Below are positions 36,892-46,929 of a DNA stretch of 64,000 bases, one piece after another; position 1 is the stretch's first letter, and every line of letters begins with the position of its first letter. Location of the stretch: positions 1-64,000 of IMG/VR virus record IMGVR_UViG_3300021963_000037, one strand, 5' to 3'. The stretch is from a virus. The notes below the pieces were generated by a model. It saw only the letters and a list, made by a program, of their open reading frames with translations, was not told the DNA's origin and ran no database searches. A program made the translations under genes and the position numbers.

Positions 36892-37628
36892 TGCTACAAC
36901 CTAAGATTTCAGTAATTATGCAGGCATATCTAGGAGACTATCCTGGATCACGAAGCAATTCAATTAATAAATTTATAAGAGCCATAAACACGTTCAAGGC
37001 TCAAACCTATTCTAATTCAGAATTAATCATAGTTAGCGATGGATGTGAAATAGTACATAACACATACAATACTCTTTTTAAAACAGATCCTCGGATTAAA
37101 TACGCCTTTGTAGATAAAAAAGGAATTCCAAATATGTATGAACTTATTGATGGTCAAAAATACTATCGTGGGGTTCCTAGACAAGTTGGAATCACTCTAT
37201 CGACTGGTGATTTAATAACATACATGGATTCTGATGATTTCTTACTTCCTAACTTCTTAGAATCTATTGTATCTGAATTCAATAAGAACCCTAATTTAGA
37301 TTTTTATTCAAATGGATCTTGGTTTGATAATCATATTGCAACATGGCCCGAAACTTCTGCAATGTTTGCTTCAGATCAAACTGTAAAATATAGAGTACCA
37401 GGTCTAGATAGTGAATGGATTATTACTCGCATGAAACCTGGAATGTTAACTATGGCGCCATGGTTATTCATACATAAAAAAGTTGATGACATCCAGTGGC
37501 AAGATACGACTGAAACCAGTGAAGATGTTGACTTTAATACTAGATTCCGTAAGAAATATAAAATTGGTATTCAGATAAATATTCCATCATACGTTAGATG
37601 CCACTATTCCCAACTCTGGGACTACTAA
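36891..37628 (+). CDS. family 2 glycosyltransferase
   Basis: ISVIM, ELIIVSDG, YMDSDD, ED motif. Confidence 0.85.
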   Translation: MLQPKISVIMQAYLGDYPGSRSNSINKFIRAINTFKAQTYSNSELIIVSDGCEIVHNTYNTLFKTDPRIKYAFVDKKGIPNMYELIDGQKYYRGVPRQVGITLSTGDLITYMDSDDFLLPNFLESIVSEFNKNPNLDFYSNGSWFDNHIATWPETSAMFASDQTVKYRVPGLDSEWIITRMKPGMLTMAPWLFIHKKVDDIQWQDTTETSEDVDFNTRFRKKYKIGIQINIPSYVRCHYSQLWDY

Positions 37629-37701
37629 AACCCTGGCATTATTTTTAATATATGAATATATAAGATAAGGTCGATGTGCCTTTAAAAAAATGATGAGATA
37701 A

Positions 37702-39591
37702 ATGCCTAATTTTGTTGATGGATTTGCTAAAGCAGCAGACGGTGCTTATAATAAAGTATGGAACCTTGGTAAGGAGCCTAAAGGTTCTTCTAAGCCGTCA
37801 GGCTCTGCTCCTAAGAAATATAAAACCATTAGTTCAAAGGATGCTACTAAAACAATTACAGAATCTAATGAGCTTCCTGATTTAATTTTAAATTCTGAAA
37901 ATAAAATTAGTCCACTTGAATCTCAAACTAATTTTGGTAGAAGTAGTGCATATGCTGCTGGAATACAAACAGCAGATACTAGAGATATTGATAAACTTAT
38001 TAAAGGAAACAATACTCTATACGATCAACCAGTTGATTCATATAAATACACACCTTCTGATGTTGAAGGTGCAAAAGGAGCAAAAGGAGAAGGTCGTAAA
38101 AAAGGACCTCCTGGACCAGCTATAAATGAAGGTCTAGTTCCATACTCTGCTTTTAACCGATACACATTAATGAAGTATCGAGGAACTCCTCTTACTGGTT
38201 TAGTTGCTGGTGCCAATGTTGATTTAAAGAAAGATTATAACTTAATTAATGCCGAAACTCTAGTAGAGCCAACGGTTACTAATATCATACAAATGACTAA
38301 TGAACATGGTTCGTTAGGTTATCGATATAATTATTCGGATTTTGCAATGTGTAAATATATTGGTAAAATTCCTAACAACTATATGATTACTCTTAGAAGA
38401 TTTCCATTTCCAGTTGAAGATGATATTATTACACCAATGGTAATTGCAGCAGATGGGAAGAAAGAAAACGCAAAAAGTCCTGATATTGCACGAGCAATAA
38501 CATGGATGTCTGAAGCTACTGGTAATAATTTATCAGATATGCTAGCGTTAGATTATAAATATCATTGGGAAGAAAAGAAAGCCGATGTTCAAACGGTCAC
38601 TGCAACAAATAGTGATTCTTCTGGTGGTAAATTAGGCTCTGGTTTAATGAGTACCCGAGTGGGTAAAGCTTTTATGGGAGCAGGACAAGGAATGAATGGT
38701 GTACAAGTTAAACAAACTGAAGCTGCTGGATCTGGATTTGATCCAATGAAAGAAACATATCCAAACCACGTATTTGGACCATTTAACAAAATAGTATCTA
38801 TGATGACTAGAGGTCAAGATGGTTTACTATTTGAAAAAGAATTCACGGTTAAATTTCAATATGAAATGAAGGGAATATATGGCGCAAATCCTAAAGTTTT
38901 ATTTATGGATCAATTCGCAAATATTTTAGCATTAACATATTCAAATGCACCGTTTTGGGGAGGAGAAGTAAAATATCTAGGTAGTGGATCTATCGGTAAA
39001 CCATTTGGAAATATTGACTTATTAAGAGGTGGACAATATAAAGAATTCTTAGGATCTGTAATGAAAGACTTACAGGGAATGGCAACTAATATTGTTGATG
39101 ATATTAAAAAGAATGGACTTGGTGGTTCTAAGGTTGTTAGTAACTTATTAGGTGGTGCGTTGATGGATTTATTTAATTCACCTCAAGCGCCTGCTATTGC
39201 AAACGCATTACTAACTGGTGATGCAACAGGTCAATGGCATATTACTGTTGGAAATCCGTTAAATCCAATGATGGTTATGGGTAACTTAATTATTACTGGA
39301 ACCAAGATTAATTTCAAAGGCGGTAATGGAGTACAAGATTTTCCAGAAGAAATGGAAGTTGAAATCACATTAAAACCAGGAAGACCAAGAGATAAAGCAG
39401 ATATTGAAAGCATGTTCAATGCGGGAAGAGGTAGATTCTATCTTAAACCAAATGATGGTGTTGATATTAATAAAACAAGAGATGTTTCTGAATATGGAGA
39501 AAAAGGAAGCCCAGCAGCCAATTTATCTGGTACTAGTGCTAAAAGCGGTTCTCATATAGATGATTCATTTAGAAAATTTGCAGCAGACTAA
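37702..39591 (+). CDS. putative tail/baseplate structural protein
   Basis: First gene of the structural run after a late motif; inferred from context. Confidence 0.5.
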   Translation: MPNFVDGFAKAADGAYNKVWNLGKEPKGSSKPSGSAPKKYKTISSKDATKTITESNELPDLILNSENKISPLESQTNFGRSSAYAAGIQTADTRDIDKLIKGNNTLYDQPVDSYKYTPSDVEGAKGAKGEGRKKGPPGPAINEGLVPYSAFNRYTLMKYRGTPLTGLVAGANVDLKKDYNLINAETLVEPTVTNIIQMTNEHGSLGYRYNYSDFAMCKYIGKIPNNYMITLRRFPFPVEDDIITPMVIAADGKKENAKSPDIARAITWMSEATGNNLSDMLALDYKYHWEEKKADVQTVTATNSDSSGGKLGSGLMSTRVGKAFMGAGQGMNGVQVKQTEAAGSGFDPMKETYPNHVFGPFNKIVSMMTRGQDGLLFEKEFTVKFQYEMKGIYGANPKVLFMDQFANILALTYSNAPFWGGEVKYLGSGSIGKPFGNIDLLRGGQYKEFLGSVMKDLQGMATNIVDDIKKNGLGGSKVVSNLLGGALMDLFNSPQAPAIANALLTGDATGQWHITVGNPLNPMMVMGNLIITGTKINFKGGNGVQDFPEEMEVEITLKPGRPRDKADIESMFNAGRGRFYLKPNDGVDINKTRDVSEYGEKGSPAANLSGTSAKSGSHIDDSFRKFAAD

Positions 39592-40211
39592 TGTTAAACA
39601 GTTTAGACAAAAAGAAAATCACGACTTCCGATTATGAATCGGAAAATAAGGTTATTATGACCGAACCTACAATGTTGTTCCCTGATTTTGTTAGGGTAGA
39701 CAAAACGTTTGTAGTTGATGATTATTATGCAGGTAGGATTGATTTGATTTCTCTTAATCTGTATAATAATGCTAATTATGGTGACCAAATTTTAAAATTT
39801 AATGGAATTTCAAATCCATTCTCAATCGGAGCTGGAGACATTTTATTAGTTCCACCATTAGATGTTTTATTAAAACAATGGAAGAAACCAGGAATTGGTG
39901 TAAAAGAAGCTAATGTTGTTAGAGATAAATTTATTGACACTAAAAGACTTCCAATCAAGGATCAAAATCGACTTGATTATCTTAAAAGAAAAGCTGCTGA
40001 AAAGCCAAATGGTGCAAAAGAAATTTTACCGCCAAACGTTTTAAAATCTGATCAAACTAATGTTGTTATTCAAAATGGAGAAACTATCGTAGGTAATGCA
40101 ATGCCTACAACTAAAGATAGAACTTCTGCTCTTTTAACTTCAAATAAAGCATTTGAAGGAGAGATTCAAAAGCTTAATAAAATTAATAACAATACTAATA
40201 ATAAACTTTAA
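39591..40211 (+). CDS. baseplate wedge protein (T4 gp53-like/LysM-like)
   Basis: GRIDLISLNLY...ILKFNGISNPFSIGAGDILLVP. Confidence 0.65.
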   Translation: MLNSLDKKKITTSDYESENKVIMTEPTMLFPDFVRVDKTFVVDDYYAGRIDLISLNLYNNANYGDQILKFNGISNPFSIGAGDILLVPPLDVLLKQWKKPGIGVKEANVVRDKFIDTKRLPIKDQNRLDYLKRKAAEKPNGAKEILPPNVLKSDQTNVVIQNGETIVGNAMPTTKDRTSALLTSNKAFEGEIQKLNKINNNTNNKL

Positions 40212-41740
40212 TGGCTAGCGATTTAGATAGACATATACTTGTAATTACTGAACCGACTATTAAGTTGGATCCGATGATTTATGATTCAGGAGATGAAGAA
40301 AAAGAAGGTGGTAAAAAGATTTCAAAATCAAATGGTAATATTACTCCAGCAGTAAGAATCAACAATATTGATATTCAAGAGTATGATTTGAATTCAATGA
40401 CAATTGATACTTCTAGTTTTTTACCAACATTAAATCTTGCCTTTATGGATAGTGATAACCAATTTAAAGGCGATTCTATTCCAAGAGACGGAGATATTGT
40501 TAGTATTCGATTGGCTTCTAGACAATCTGATACTTATAAGGATATTAGAATGGATTTTGATATTATTAATTGTAATGCAAGTTCTTCTGATGAAGGAGGA
40601 GCAAATCCACAATCTTTAGCAGGTGGACAATATTCAATACGTGGAAGACTTAAAGTTCCTAAAATATTAGCTGAAGAGTCTAAAGGATACGGAAAGAAAA
40701 CATCACTAGATCATTTAGAACAAATTGCAACCGAACTTCAATTAGGTTTTGCAACTAATATCGATAAAACCGATGACGAAATGTCTAGATTTTGTCCATT
40801 TATTTCTAAAGTTCAGTTCATTAATGATATTATAAAACATGGTTATATTGATGATGAGAGTTTTGTTGTCGGTAAAATAGATCCTTATTACAATTTAAAT
40901 TACGTCGATCTTAATAAAGTATTTAATTCTAAAAATGATTTGGAATTGACTTATTTTAATAAGATGCAGGAAGATATGAACAAAAATCCTGAAGATACTG
41001 ACGATACAAATAAAATTAAAGCAGCAATGCTTTTAACAAACCATCCAACATACAATTCAAGTTCTCAATTTTTTGAAAACTTTAAGGTGATTAATGAGGC
41101 TGGTGCAAAAACTGCTAAGTTTGGATATACTATGAAACTTCAGTATTTTGAAAATGACAGCGATGAAGGATTAGTTTCATTTGATGTTGAACCACGAGCT
41201 AGTAAAACAATGTCAGATATTGAAGAGCCTTTAAGAGGTCGTAGAAAAGAAGGTACTGGAAAAGAAGAGGAAACTAGATATAAAGATGAAGTTAAACAAA
41301 AATATGTTGGACGTATTGACGCTGATAAAACTCATGGCAACATGAATATTAATCATTATTTTGCAGCTATTCAAAATAAAATGAATTATGCGCAAAGTAC
41401 GAAAATGAAATTAGAAATAACATTAGACCAAATTAATCCAGGTCTTTATATGTTTCAAAAGATTCCTGTGTTTATCACAGCATATAATGATACAGAAGTT
41501 GCTAGATTAAATTCTCTTAAAGAAAAGAAAAAAGAAAAAGGATTCAGTACTGTAGGAGAAGAGTATGGAGAGGATCCAGCTTCTCCAGGTGGAGATAAAA
41601 TAGTTATGGATGAATTCCATACTGGATATTATATTATTGAAAACATTCAATATATTTATGATTCTGATGATGGTTTAGGAATTAGACAAAAACTAACTCT
41701 TTTGAGAAGAGAATGGCCATCCAAGCTTAATACAATTTAA
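40211..41740 (+). CDS. putative baseplate hub protein
   Basis: Position between gp53-like and spike genes; C-terminal TGYYIIENIQY...QKLTL. Confidence 0.5.
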   Translation: MASDLDRHILVITEPTIKLDPMIYDSGDEEKEGGKKISKSNGNITPAVRINNIDIQEYDLNSMTIDTSSFLPTLNLAFMDSDNQFKGDSIPRDGDIVSIRLASRQSDTYKDIRMDFDIINCNASSSDEGGANPQSLAGGQYSIRGRLKVPKILAEESKGYGKKTSLDHLEQIATELQLGFATNIDKTDDEMSRFCPFISKVQFINDIIKHGYIDDESFVVGKIDPYYNLNYVDLNKVFNSKNDLELTYFNKMQEDMNKNPEDTDDTNKIKAAMLLTNHPTYNSSSQFFENFKVINEAGAKTAKFGYTMKLQYFENDSDEGLVSFDVEPRASKTMSDIEEPLRGRRKEGTGKEEETRYKDEVKQKYVGRIDADKTHGNMNINHYFAAIQNKMNYAQSTKMKLEITLDQINPGLYMFQKIPVFITAYNDTEVARLNSLKEKKKEKGFSTVGEEYGEDPASPGGDKIVMDEFHTGYYIIENIQYIYDSDDGLGIRQKLTLLRREWPSKLNTI

Positions 41741-41756
41741 AAACAATATATAATTC

Positions 41757-43058
41757 ATGTCAGCATTCTTAGATTTAGATAGATTTAGAAAATCCGGACT
41801 TCTTTCAAAAGGAGCTACTGGTGGAGTTGATATGTCATCATATCAGGATCCGACATATTTATCTTTTACATTATTGTTTGACACTAGTTATAATTCACCT
41901 TTATTTAATGGTGAAGCCGAAGGTTTTATTAAAAAGCATCTTTCTGGTAATTCTGGCGGAGGACTAAATATTACTAAATATGAACATAAATTAAGTTCTC
42001 TTCTTGCATTTAAAGAAGCTTTATTTAAAATCAATAGTGAAATGCCATGGCATTGGCAATCTCTAGGCGGTATTGATCGATTAACTCAATTTACGCCCGA
42101 AAATGCTTATTTTGGTGGAGACGATGCTAAACTAATAATTGGTTGTTTAGAAACTATTAATTTAAATATTGCAGGTCTAATGCAACTTTACCGTAAAGCT
42201 GTATGGGACGAATCAAGATGGTCTTATGTGTTACCTCCAAACTTAAGAAAGTTTAACATGTACATCTATGTTTCTGATATTAGAGGGATATACGATAACT
42301 CTGCAGAAGGAGTTATAACTGGCGAGAATAATCGTCCATTTTTTATGTATGAACTTAGATATTGTGAATTTAATTTAGCTGAAAGTGGACACAAATCATT
42401 TGCTGATTTATCTGCTTCAGCACCTGAAGTTGCTGCAAATGAAATTACAATTAATTATCAAAGAGTTTATGACGTTGATGCAAGAGCATTAAATGGTGCT
42501 GTGTTTATGAGTAAAGATATTCAAAAAGGAAATCCAACTGCTTATAAAAACATAATTGCTCCAACTACTGAAATGGAAACATTGTTAGATCAAGGTGAAC
42601 GTAATCTTGATGATCCGGATGCTGGAATAGATAAAGCAACAGCAGATAAAATTGAAGAGATGGGAAAAAACACGGATCCTGCTGCTGAAAGAAAATTATC
42701 CTTTAAACAAAATATGTCTAAAGGATTTAAAAATCTTAAAAACAAGGCAAAGGATCAAGCTAAAGCGTACGGTAAAAGAGCTCAAGAAGATTTAAAAAGA
42801 ATGGCTAAATCTAAAATGGAAGAAGCTGAAATAGAAGCTAAAAGATATGTAAATAGGAGAATACCTAATTTAGAAAATATCTATGGTAAAACTATAAGAG
42901 CGTTGGATGCTGCAACTGACATTAAAGGAATTGCAGGTGGTATTGAAAGCGTCGTTGGTAAAAATGTCCATTTTCTAGATGGAACTCCAATCGTTGATGT
43001 TTTAAATAAGGCAAATAGAGACGCATTAATTAATATAGGAAACGTATATAAAAAGTAA
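41757..43058 (+). CDS. putative tail structural protein
   Basis: DPTYLSF and LPPNLRKF motifs; context. Confidence 0.45.
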   Translation: MSAFLDLDRFRKSGLLSKGATGGVDMSSYQDPTYLSFTLLFDTSYNSPLFNGEAEGFIKKHLSGNSGGGLNITKYEHKLSSLLAFKEALFKINSEMPWHWQSLGGIDRLTQFTPENAYFGGDDAKLIIGCLETINLNIAGLMQLYRKAVWDESRWSYVLPPNLRKFNMYIYVSDIRGIYDNSAEGVITGENNRPFFMYELRYCEFNLAESGHKSFADLSASAPEVAANEITINYQRVYDVDARALNGAVFMSKDIQKGNPTAYKNIIAPTTEMETLLDQGERNLDDPDAGIDKATADKIEEMGKNTDPAAERKLSFKQNMSKGFKNLKNKAKDQAKAYGKRAQEDLKRMAKSKMEEAEIEAKRYVNRRIPNLENIYGKTIRALDAATDIKGIAGGIESVVGKNVHFLDGTPIVDVLNKANRDALINIGNVYKK

Positions 43059-43060
43059 TA

Positions 43061-43789
43061 ATGGCTACAGTTGATGAAATAGGTGGTAGTGATAATATTA
43101 GGGACACTCATTGGCTTGGTAAAGTTGTTGAAAATAAAGACCCATTGAAAAATGGAAGATGTAAAGTCATGGTCTTTGGTAAATTTGATAACGTTCCAAC
43201 TGAAGATATTCCCTGGGCAGCATGTGGAAATAGAAATGCTGTAGGATCCCATGCGATTCCTAATATTGATGATATTGTTTCAATCCGTTTTGATAACGGT
43301 AATTTATATCATCCTGAATATTTTTATCAGGTTAATCAACGTAAAGCCTTAAAATCTGAAGTTTTAGATGCTCTATCAGAAGATGAAGCGCAACAAACAA
43401 TCTCATTAGTATACGATGAAATCCGTAACATCAGGATCTATCATTCTCCTAAAGATGGTATAATTATCACACGAGGTAAGGGTGCCAAGGAGAGACCCCT
43501 AATACAAATCGATGAAAAGAATAATATTAAAATAAGCACTGATACTAAAATCTTTTTAGATTCAGGTAACATATTCCTATCAAATACTGGAGAAGCATCG
43601 GAAGATGAGAAAGAACCCGCTGTTCGTGGAGTTTCTTTAGAAAAATGGTTAAATGTTCTATTAGATGATTATCAAAAGCACATTCATCCAACTCCAACTG
43701 GTCCTTCAGGACCTCCATCTCCTCCAACACCGTCAACAATCGGTCAGTTGAAAGGAAAGCACAAAGATTACCAGCAAAAAGGTAAATAA
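43061..43789 (+). CDS. baseplate central spike (gp5/VgrG OB-fold)
   Basis: GKVVENKDPLKNGRCKV...IPWA...PNIDDIVSIRF; C-terminal HIH metal-binding apex motif. Confidence 0.8.
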   Translation: MATVDEIGGSDNIRDTHWLGKVVENKDPLKNGRCKVMVFGKFDNVPTEDIPWAACGNRNAVGSHAIPNIDDIVSIRFDNGNLYHPEYFYQVNQRKALKSEVLDALSEDEAQQTISLVYDEIRNIRIYHSPKDGIIITRGKGAKERPLIQIDEKNNIKISTDTKIFLDSGNIFLSNTGEASEDEKEPAVRGVSLEKWLNVLLDDYQKHIHPTPTGPSGPPSPPTPSTIGQLKGKHKDYQQKGK

Positions 43790-43825
43790 TTAATTCAGAT
43801 AAATATCTTATAAAAATATAGAATC

Positions 43826-45631
43826 ATGCCTGCACAGTGGCCAATATTTATAAATAACGTATCATCAAAACTAGCAAGTCGATCTTCTAAAGGAGCCGAT
43901 GACTTTGGTACGTTTATGGCTAACGAATACTTCAACGCAGTCAAGACCGCACAAACGCCATTTGGAAATCTTCATCAATCAGGTCAAAAGGTAATATTAG
44001 AACAAGGATTTAAAAAAGCATTTAACAATTTATTTAAATCAACAGCACCAACTCTCGAAGACAAGATTAAAGATCCAAATTTTTCTGATTTATTAGAAGC
44101 TTTACCAGTTCCGAAAAAATATAATGCCGAAGCTGAATTTAGAAAATGGACTATAGCAAAAGGTAATGCTTTACCTGATATTAAGTTCTATGAATTCTTT
44201 CCACCTCCGTCTGAACAAGTTGACTTAAAATCAAAAGGTAAAGATGCAAAATTAACGGAAGCTGATATATTTGGAACCTCAATTGATGCTAATCAACCAA
44301 TATTAACTTTTACCGGGACTGGCGGAATTGCACCATATAGATTCACGTACACTCTAAATGATGGCGAACCTATTGAAATTCTCTCAGACGAATTTGGATT
44401 CTATAATTTGTATGTTCCATTTGATACTCCTGGAAAACTAAAATATACTCTTACAAATGTTGTTGACTCAGCATTTCCAGATATTCAGCATCCATTAAGT
44501 CAAACTGTTGAAGTGAATATTCCAAAAGATGCTACTAAAGAGGCTAGTATTGTTAATGGCACTGAAAAAACTAAGCTAATATTAACAGAAGACCAGAAAT
44601 TTGAACTACTTGTAAAAAGAGTTTTGTATCAAAATGATGGCGATATAAAGTTTGTTCGATTTCTTACTAGACTTTCTTTAGCATATGAATCTGTTTATGG
44701 TAAAAAAATAGGAGATAAATGCCTTAGCATATTAGGAGCTGTTGATATAAAAACTATCACTAATCAAATCACTAAAAAATATACGGATTTGTATGATGCT
44801 AAAGTTTTAGTTCCAAAGCCTGGAACCGTAAATACTACGTTTATTGAATATCAAGTAAAAATCGGTAGCAAATTATATAACAGAAGAATTAGTGTTGGTG
44901 ATTATTTAAAAACAGTTGCTGACAAAATAAAAACAGAATCTGATACCGAGTACATTAAGCGTAATTCAAATCTTAAAACTGATTTAACAAATCCATTGAA
45001 TAAAAAACTTATTCAATTAGAATATAATGACGATAAAGACGTTTGGCCTACATGGTTGACCGATTATTTTATTTGTAAATTTTGTTATGTTCCTGGGATT
45101 GATGATATAACCGAAGAAAAACATTCTAAAGCAAATAATACTGACGAGAACGAAAGAATTGAGCTAAAGAAAAAATTGTATGCTCTAGATCGAGACAAAT
45201 ATAATGCTTTAAAAAGACAGTGGATTGATGAACTTGCTGTATCTGAAAAGAAAGATGCTGATCCAGATTCTGAAGCAGATCCTTATGATACTATGGCTAA
45301 AACCATTATTCAATATTGGATGTCTTGCACTGTTCAACCATTTAAAAACTCGCCACCTATTCCACCATGTAATATTCCCTCACCGGGAACTTATATTCCA
45401 TTATACTATGGAAGTCAAAAATCTTTAGCCAAAAATCTTAGAAGAGCATGGAACACAGGAAAATTAGCTCAGCTCGAACCATTAACACAACCTGTAACTA
45501 AAGCAGTTGCTTCTGCTGTTGCAGTTTGTTGTGCTAAACATCTTATGGAACTTAAATTTATTTATGTCGGACAATTAACAGTCGGTACTGCAACGATACC
45601 TATGATTGGATTTGTACCAACGTCTTTTTAA
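43826..45631 (+). CDS. hypothetical, probably structural protein
   Basis: 601-aa ORF with an Ig-like segment (GGIAPYRFTY). Confidence 0.55.
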   Translation: MPAQWPIFINNVSSKLASRSSKGADDFGTFMANEYFNAVKTAQTPFGNLHQSGQKVILEQGFKKAFNNLFKSTAPTLEDKIKDPNFSDLLEALPVPKKYNAEAEFRKWTIAKGNALPDIKFYEFFPPPSEQVDLKSKGKDAKLTEADIFGTSIDANQPILTFTGTGGIAPYRFTYTLNDGEPIEILSDEFGFYNLYVPFDTPGKLKYTLTNVVDSAFPDIQHPLSQTVEVNIPKDATKEASIVNGTEKTKLILTEDQKFELLVKRVLYQNDGDIKFVRFLTRLSLAYESVYGKKIGDKCLSILGAVDIKTITNQITKKYTDLYDAKVLVPKPGTVNTTFIEYQVKIGSKLYNRRISVGDYLKTVADKIKTESDTEYIKRNSNLKTDLTNPLNKKLIQLEYNDDKDVWPTWLTDYFICKFCYVPGIDDITEEKHSKANNTDENERIELKKKLYALDRDKYNALKRQWIDELAVSEKKDADPDSEADPYDTMAKTIIQYWMSCTVQPFKNSPPIPPCNIPSPGTYIPLYYGSQKSLAKNLRRAWNTGKLAQLEPLTQPVTKAVASAVAVCCAKHLMELKFIYVGQLTVGTATIPMIGFVPTSF

Positions 45632-45677
45632 AAAATTAATATATAATCAAGTAGTTCACCTTTAATTAAATAAACAA

Positions 45678-46883
45678 ATGTTACAAGAATTAACAAAACA
45701 AAAAACAGAGGTCTTAACCAATAAAAATGTTGGTTTAGCAGATTTCGATTGGGACGCTCACACAGCAGATTGCCCTAGCAGAATGAGGAAAGGAAACCCT
45801 CACGTTAAAGTTCCTAAAGGAGTTAAAGTCTTCTCAATGTCAAAAGACGCACAGGTACAATATGAAATGTACAACAATTCTCTCAAGGATTTTGTATCTA
45901 ATATTTCAATTGGAGACCATCTAAAAGGTAAAATCTGGTCAGTAGATTCTCGTTGGGCATCGATCGATGTTGGACATAGAGAATTTGTTTACATTGATTT
46001 AGACCGAGAATCAAATGCATTCAAAAAACTTATTGTTAAGGACGCGGAATTTACCGTTAAAATAGTTGGAGACCATGCATTAAAAGGATTCTGTGTTGGA
46101 TCTGTTACAGAAGGAACTAGACAAGCGGTGTTTAATGAGTTATTAGCATCTGCTAAAACTGAAAGTACAGCATATGCTGGTAGAATTGAACAAATGATTC
46201 CAGGTGGAGGTTACATGGTAACAGTACAAGGTATTGAATGTTTCATGCCAGGTTCATTAGCTGGAATTAATAAACTTGCAAATTTTGAATCAATTATCGG
46301 AACAGATATGTATGTTGTTCCAGTATCTTTCTCACATGACAAAGGGACAATCGTAGTTTCTCACCGTAAATATCTACAAGCAATGATTCCTCAAGAAATT
46401 GAGACGCTTAGATCTAACATTGAAAATGAACAAGATGGTTATGTTACAGGTTCAACTAAATACGGAGTATTTGTTGAATTTAATGGTTGCTTAACTGGTA
46501 TGATTCACATCAATGATTTAGCATCTGATACTGCTGAATTATATGCAAAAGGAGAGTTACACCCTGGTACTCCAGTTAAATTCTTTGTTAAGGATATTAT
46601 ATCAACAACAAAGATTACATTAACACAGAAAACTGATTCAATGGTTAACCCATGGAACGGTGCGGCTTCAAGATATAAAGTACCAGTTGAGGTACAAGGA
46701 ACAATTAGATCTATTAAAGATTATGGATTGTTTATCGAAATCGAGGAGGGTATTACAGGACTTTTACATTCTAGCGAATTAAGTGGAATTGATACAACTC
46801 ATTTGAAAAAAGGAGATCCAATTACAGTATTAGTAAATAGAATCGAAGAGGAAACAAGAAAGGTATTTCTCAAGTTAGTTTAA
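45678..46883 (+). CDS. rpsA: ribosomal protein bS1-like protein with about four S1 domains
   Basis: GGYMV...FMPGS, VVSHRK, YGVFVE...GMIHINDL, NPW, YGLFIEI...GLLHSSEL. Confidence 0.85.
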   Translation: MLQELTKQKTEVLTNKNVGLADFDWDAHTADCPSRMRKGNPHVKVPKGVKVFSMSKDAQVQYEMYNNSLKDFVSNISIGDHLKGKIWSVDSRWASIDVGHREFVYIDLDRESNAFKKLIVKDAEFTVKIVGDHALKGFCVGSVTEGTRQAVFNELLASAKTESTAYAGRIEQMIPGGGYMVTVQGIECFMPGSLAGINKLANFESIIGTDMYVVPVSFSHDKGTIVVSHRKYLQAMIPQEIETLRSNIENEQDGYVTGSTKYGVFVEFNGCLTGMIHINDLASDTAELYAKGELHPGTPVKFFVKDIISTTKITLTQKTDSMVNPWNGAASRYKVPVEVQGTIRSIKDYGLFIEIEEGITGLLHSSELSGIDTTHLKKGDPITVLVNRIEEETRKVFLKLV

Positions 46884-46891
46884 ATCTTAAC

Positions 46892-46926
46892 TGGATATAT
46901 ATAGTGAACATAACTATATAAATCCA
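46892..46926 (+). promoter_or_regulatory. late motif inside a 14-bp hairpin with one mismatch
   Basis: TGGATATATATAGT...ACTATATAAATCCA; GATATATA at 46894; ATG at 46930. Confidence 0.55.
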
Positions 46927-46929
46927 TAA

